Below are positions 61,133 to 64,000 of a stretch of DNA of 64,000 bases, in pieces. Position 1 is the first letter of the stretch, and every line of letters begins with the position of its first letter. The notes under the pieces are model-generated. The model had not been told where the DNA came from. It made no database searches and was given only the letters and a program-made list of their open reading frames with translations. This stretch comes from an uncultured Bacteroidales bacterium. GTDB lineage: Bacteria; Bacteroidota; Bacteroidia; Bacteroidales; VadinHA17. The DNA lies in the NCBI GenBank assembly GCA_963792925.1, contig CAWBYC010000005.1:15353-79352 (forward strand), written 5' to 3'. The translations under genes and the position numbers were made by a program.

Positions 61133-63293
61133 CAGGAATAAAATCAGGAAGTATTCTGTGCTGCAGCACGATATGTCAGATTGCGGCGCAGCTTGCCTGG
61201 TTTCTGTAATCAGGTATTTTGGCGGAAATTCATCGATTGAAAAAATCCGTAAGCTGAGCGGAACCAGTCAGTCCGGGACCACTATGCTCGGACTTTACGA
61301 GGCTGCTCAACAATGTGGACTGGATGCTGTCGGATATGAAGCCTCCATTAAGGATATTATTGAGTATAATAACGTGCTTATTCTGCACATCTCGCTGGAA
61401 GAGAGGCTTGAACATTATATAATTTGCTTTGGTTATGAAGGAGAAAAATTTTTAATATGGGACCCGGCTAAAGGATTTATTTACATGTCAGTTGCTGATC
61501 TGGGGAAGATCTGGTTGAGCAAGAAATGTCTGGGATTGAATCCTAATGATAAGTTTCAGATTGAAAGTGATATAATTAAAAATAAGAGAATATGGGTATT
61601 GAATGCTATTAGACCCGAAAAGGACCTTTTAATAATAAGTGTAATTACAGGTATTCTTATTTCTGTATTAGGTCTGGTAATGGCTATTTATACACAAAAA
61701 CTTATTGATAAAATATTGCCATCAGGTCAGACAAAGATTCTAATGATTTCGGCCATTTTAGTTCTTTTGCTCCTGTCTACCCGAATCATACTGTCTTCAG
61801 TACGCCAATATTTTCTGCTTTTGCAAGGTAAATCATTCAACATCCGGATTGTTGATGATTTTTATAAAGCATTGCTATTCCTTCCAAAGGCATTTTTTGA
61901 TACACGCAAGACAGGTGATTTTGTCGCCAGATTGAACGATACACTGAGGGTCCAGAGGGTTATTGCAGAAATTGTCGGAGTGTATATTATTGATATTCTC
62001 ATTCTAATCATTTCATTGGTAATGGTTTTCTATTATTCCAACATAGCCGGAATACTGTCTGTTGTCGCCATCCCGACATTTTATCTGATCGTTTACCGGT
62101 GGGATAAAAGAATAATATCAGCCCAGCGTGATGTAATGGCAGGTTATGCTTTAAGCGATAGTAATTTTATTAATTCCCTCAGAGGGATAAATGAAATAAA
62201 AAGCTTGAACTGGCACCATAATTTTGAAATAAAGAATAATTATATCTATTCAGAATTTCAGGACAGAATTTTCCATTTAGGTAAAATAAAAGTAAAACTT
62301 AATCTGTTAACCGGCCTGGCAGGTTCATGTTATCTTATTCTTATACTTGTTTTTACAGCCTCTCAGGTCATAAGTAAGAAGATGACTCAGGGAGAACTGA
62401 TGGCAATTCTGTCTTTATGTTCGACTCTGCTGCCATCGGTTCTTAATCTGGCGTTGATAGGCATTCCTCTCAATGAGGCAAAGGTTGCTTTAGACAGAAT
62501 GTTTGAGTTTTCATATATTGATCCTGAAGAAGTAAATAAAGATGCAGGAGCGGACAACTTTGAGATAAAAAAGATTAATCTACAAAAAATATCGTTCAGG
62601 TTTCCCGGACAAAAACTTTTGCTGGATAATATTTCTATAATTATTGAAAAAGGGAAAGTTATATCATTGGTAGGGGAGAGCGGTTGCGGCAAAAGTACTC
62701 TGGCAAACATTATCTTAAGATTTTATTCACCCGAAGAGGGTAATATAATTGTGAACAGCGAAATCGAATCTGTTAATGTGGAACTGAAAAATTGGAGAAC
62801 AAAAATTGGAATTATTCCACAGGAAATTCATATATTTAATGGTACAATTCTGCAAAACTTATTAACGGAACTGACTGAAAACAAAATTAGTGAGATGATC
62901 ACGACGATTTCAGATTTTGGGTTAAGAAGTTTCATTGAGAGTTTTCCTTCCGGGTTAATGACTTTGGTTGGAGAGGAAGGAATTAATCTTTCCGGTGGTC
63001 AAAAACAATTGATTGCTTTCATAAGGGTTCTTCTTAATAAACCAGACATACTGGTTATTGACGAAGGAACCTCGAACATGGATCGTGGGACTGAGAGTTT
63101 GATAATGAACCTTGTTACAAAACTGAAATCACAAATGGGGATTATATTGATCTCACACCGTATCAATATGATTAAAAAATTAAGTGACTATATATATGTG
63201 ATTGAGGGAAAAAGTATCACATCCAGGGGCACTCATGAGGACCTTATTAAGACGGATAATTTATATAAAAGATTTTGGGATGATTTTTATTAA
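61125..63293 (+). CDS. peptidase C39 domain-containing ABC transporter (bacteriocin cleavage/export)
   Basis: The C39 part has Cys in QHDMSDCGAACLVSVI, His in HYIICFG and Asp in WDPAKG. Six TM helices follow. Walker A is GESGCGKST, the signature is LSGGQKQ and Walker B is ILVIDE. Confidence 0.9.
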   Translation: MNDRNKIRKYSVLQHDMSDCGAACLVSVIRYFGGNSSIEKIRKLSGTSQSGTTMLGLYEAAQQCGLDAVGYEASIKDIIEYNNVLILHISLEERLEHYIICFGYEGEKFLIWDPAKGFIYMSVADLGKIWLSKKCLGLNPNDKFQIESDIIKNKRIWVLNAIRPEKDLLIISVITGILISVLGLVMAIYTQKLIDKILPSGQTKILMISAILVLLLLSTRIILSSVRQYFLLLQGKSFNIRIVDDFYKALLFLPKAFFDTRKTGDFVARLNDTLRVQRVIAEIVGVYIIDILILIISLVMVFYYSNIAGILSVVAIPTFYLIVYRWDKRIISAQRDVMAGYALSDSNFINSLRGINEIKSLNWHHNFEIKNNYIYSEFQDRIFHLGKIKVKLNLLTGLAGSCYLILILVFTASQVISKKMTQGELMAILSLCSTLLPSVLNLALIGIPLNEAKVALDRMFEFSYIDPEEVNKDAGADNFEIKKINLQKISFRFPGQKLLLDNISIIIEKGKVISLVGESGCGKSTLANIILRFYSPEEGNIIVNSEIESVNVELKNWRTKIGIIPQEIHIFNGTILQNLLTELTENKISEMITTISDFGLRSFIESFPSGLMTLVGEEGINLSGGQKQLIAFIRVLLNKPDILVIDEGTSNMDRGTESLIMNLVTKLKSQMGIILISHRINMIKKLSDYIYVIEGKSITSRGTHEDLIKTDNLYKRFWDDFY

Positions 63294-63430
63294 TTTTTTC
63301 ACCAGTCCAAAATTGTTAGACTCAGGTTGTTTTATTTTGATATGCAGTATGAACTTCGAAAGAATTTTTATTCTGTAGGCAGATGCCGAAAAGCCTGAAA
63401 AAGAGTAGGTAAAAGAAAAATTGTCTCGCT

Positions 63431-63595
63431 ATGAAAAAGTTAGATTTAGAACAAATGCGGAATCTGAGAGGGGGTTCTTGGAAGTCCATTTTATTATGTG
63501 CTGGTATTGGCGCTCTGTACTCACTCGCTAATCCAGTTGCTGGTATAATTGCAGGAATTACTTGTGCTGCTTTAGCAGAGAGATCGGGGAATTGA
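63431..63595 (+). CDS. double-glycine-leader bacteriocin precursor (54 aa, below ORF-track cut-off)
   Basis: The peptide is MKKLDLEQMRNLRGG / SWKSILLCAGIGALYSLANPVAGIIAGITCAALAERSGN. The 15-aa leader is a GG type. The core is Gly/Ala-rich and hydrophobic with two Cys. The gene lies 138 nt downstream of the C39 ABC exporter. Confidence 0.65.
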   Translation: MKKLDLEQMRNLRGGSWKSILLCAGIGALYSLANPVAGIIAGITCAALAERSGN

Positions 63596-63735
63596 AGTGT
63601 AAGTCTTTAAGAATTTTAAGAATATCCGATGCAACTAGTCACTTGCTAGTTGCATCATTCAACAAAAGAATTGCTTGCATTTGGATCCGCGATATGATTT
63701 TTTGATTTCAGAAAATGACTTAATATTTATTTAAC

Positions 63736-64000
63736 ATGCGACACATTTATCCACTTCTATCCTACCAAAGCAGATTTCTAGGAATTACATTTATGCTTCT
63801 AGGTTTATTGATGATTGGTTTAAGTGTTTTCTTCTTAAAAATTAATTTGGATATCTCAATAGGTTTGTTATGTTTCGGCTTGTTTTGCTACGGTTATAGA
63901 AGGGAAAAAGACGAAGACGAGGAAGAGAAAAAATACATTTTATATCGATACAACGCCTTCAGAGTATCATTTGCGTTGACAAATGTTATAATTCTAATTT
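63736..64000 (+). CDS. small membrane protein (possible immunity protein), runs off the right edge
   Basis: ATG at 63736 gives MRHIYPLLSYQSRFLGITFMLLGLLMIGLSVFFLKINLDISIGLLCFGLFCYGYRREKDEDEEEKKY. It has two TM helices and the frame is open to the window end. Confidence 0.35.
   Translation, partial: MRHIYPLLSYQSRFLGITFMLLGLLMIGLSVFFLKINLDISIGLLCFGLFCYGYRREKDEDEEEKKYILYRYNAFRVSFALTNVIILI

Overview
The 64 kb window is a mosaic of three blocks that differ in composition and apparent taxonomy. Block A (1 to ~6.5 kb) is very GC-rich and looks like a Burkholderiales-type proteobacterium, by inference only. It carries a META-domain lipoprotein fragment, an IclR regulator, a frame-disrupted hypothetical gene, selD, a secreted hypothetical protein and an NfnA/PyrK-like flavoprotein. 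Block B (~6.5 to ~50.0 kb) is moderately GC-rich and has Planctomycetota hallmark families: DUF1559, two DUF1501, PSCyt/DUF1549/DUF1553, TIGR02996 and PEP-CTERM. It holds housekeeping genes (ychF, carA, hmgA, hppD, thrC, ndk, dnaX-ybaB-recR, rpoN), PIN and ParE toxin-antitoxin modules, two SUKH/SMI1 genes and at least six families of palindromic REP-like repeats. It also holds a compact lasso-peptide gene cluster: precursor at 38425-38595, a fused B1/B2 protease, and an Asn-synthetase-like cyclase. Block C (~50.0-64 kb) is AT-rich with Bacteroidota hallmarks. It has a 5'-truncated PKD/T9SS type-B protein and a TPR-HisKA_3 kinase. A 1.1 kb tandem array with a 69-bp period, together with an inverted partner array, brackets a DUF559 endonuclease gene. 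The block also has an ECF sigma/anti-sigma/DUF4097-like operon and a REP-flanked RAYT (IS200-like) transposase. Finally it has a bacteriocin locus: membrane protein, TlpA-like redoxin, C39-peptidase ABC exporter, a 54-aa GG-leader peptide missing from the ORF track, and a putative immunity protein. Many genes in blocks A and B, including essential ones, are split over 2-4 reading frames, and rpoN has an in-frame TAG. This looks like indel-type sequence error rather than biology. I recognised no rRNA, tRNA or genuine CRISPR array. Coordinates of frame-disrupted genes are outer bounds reconstructed from several ORF-track frames.
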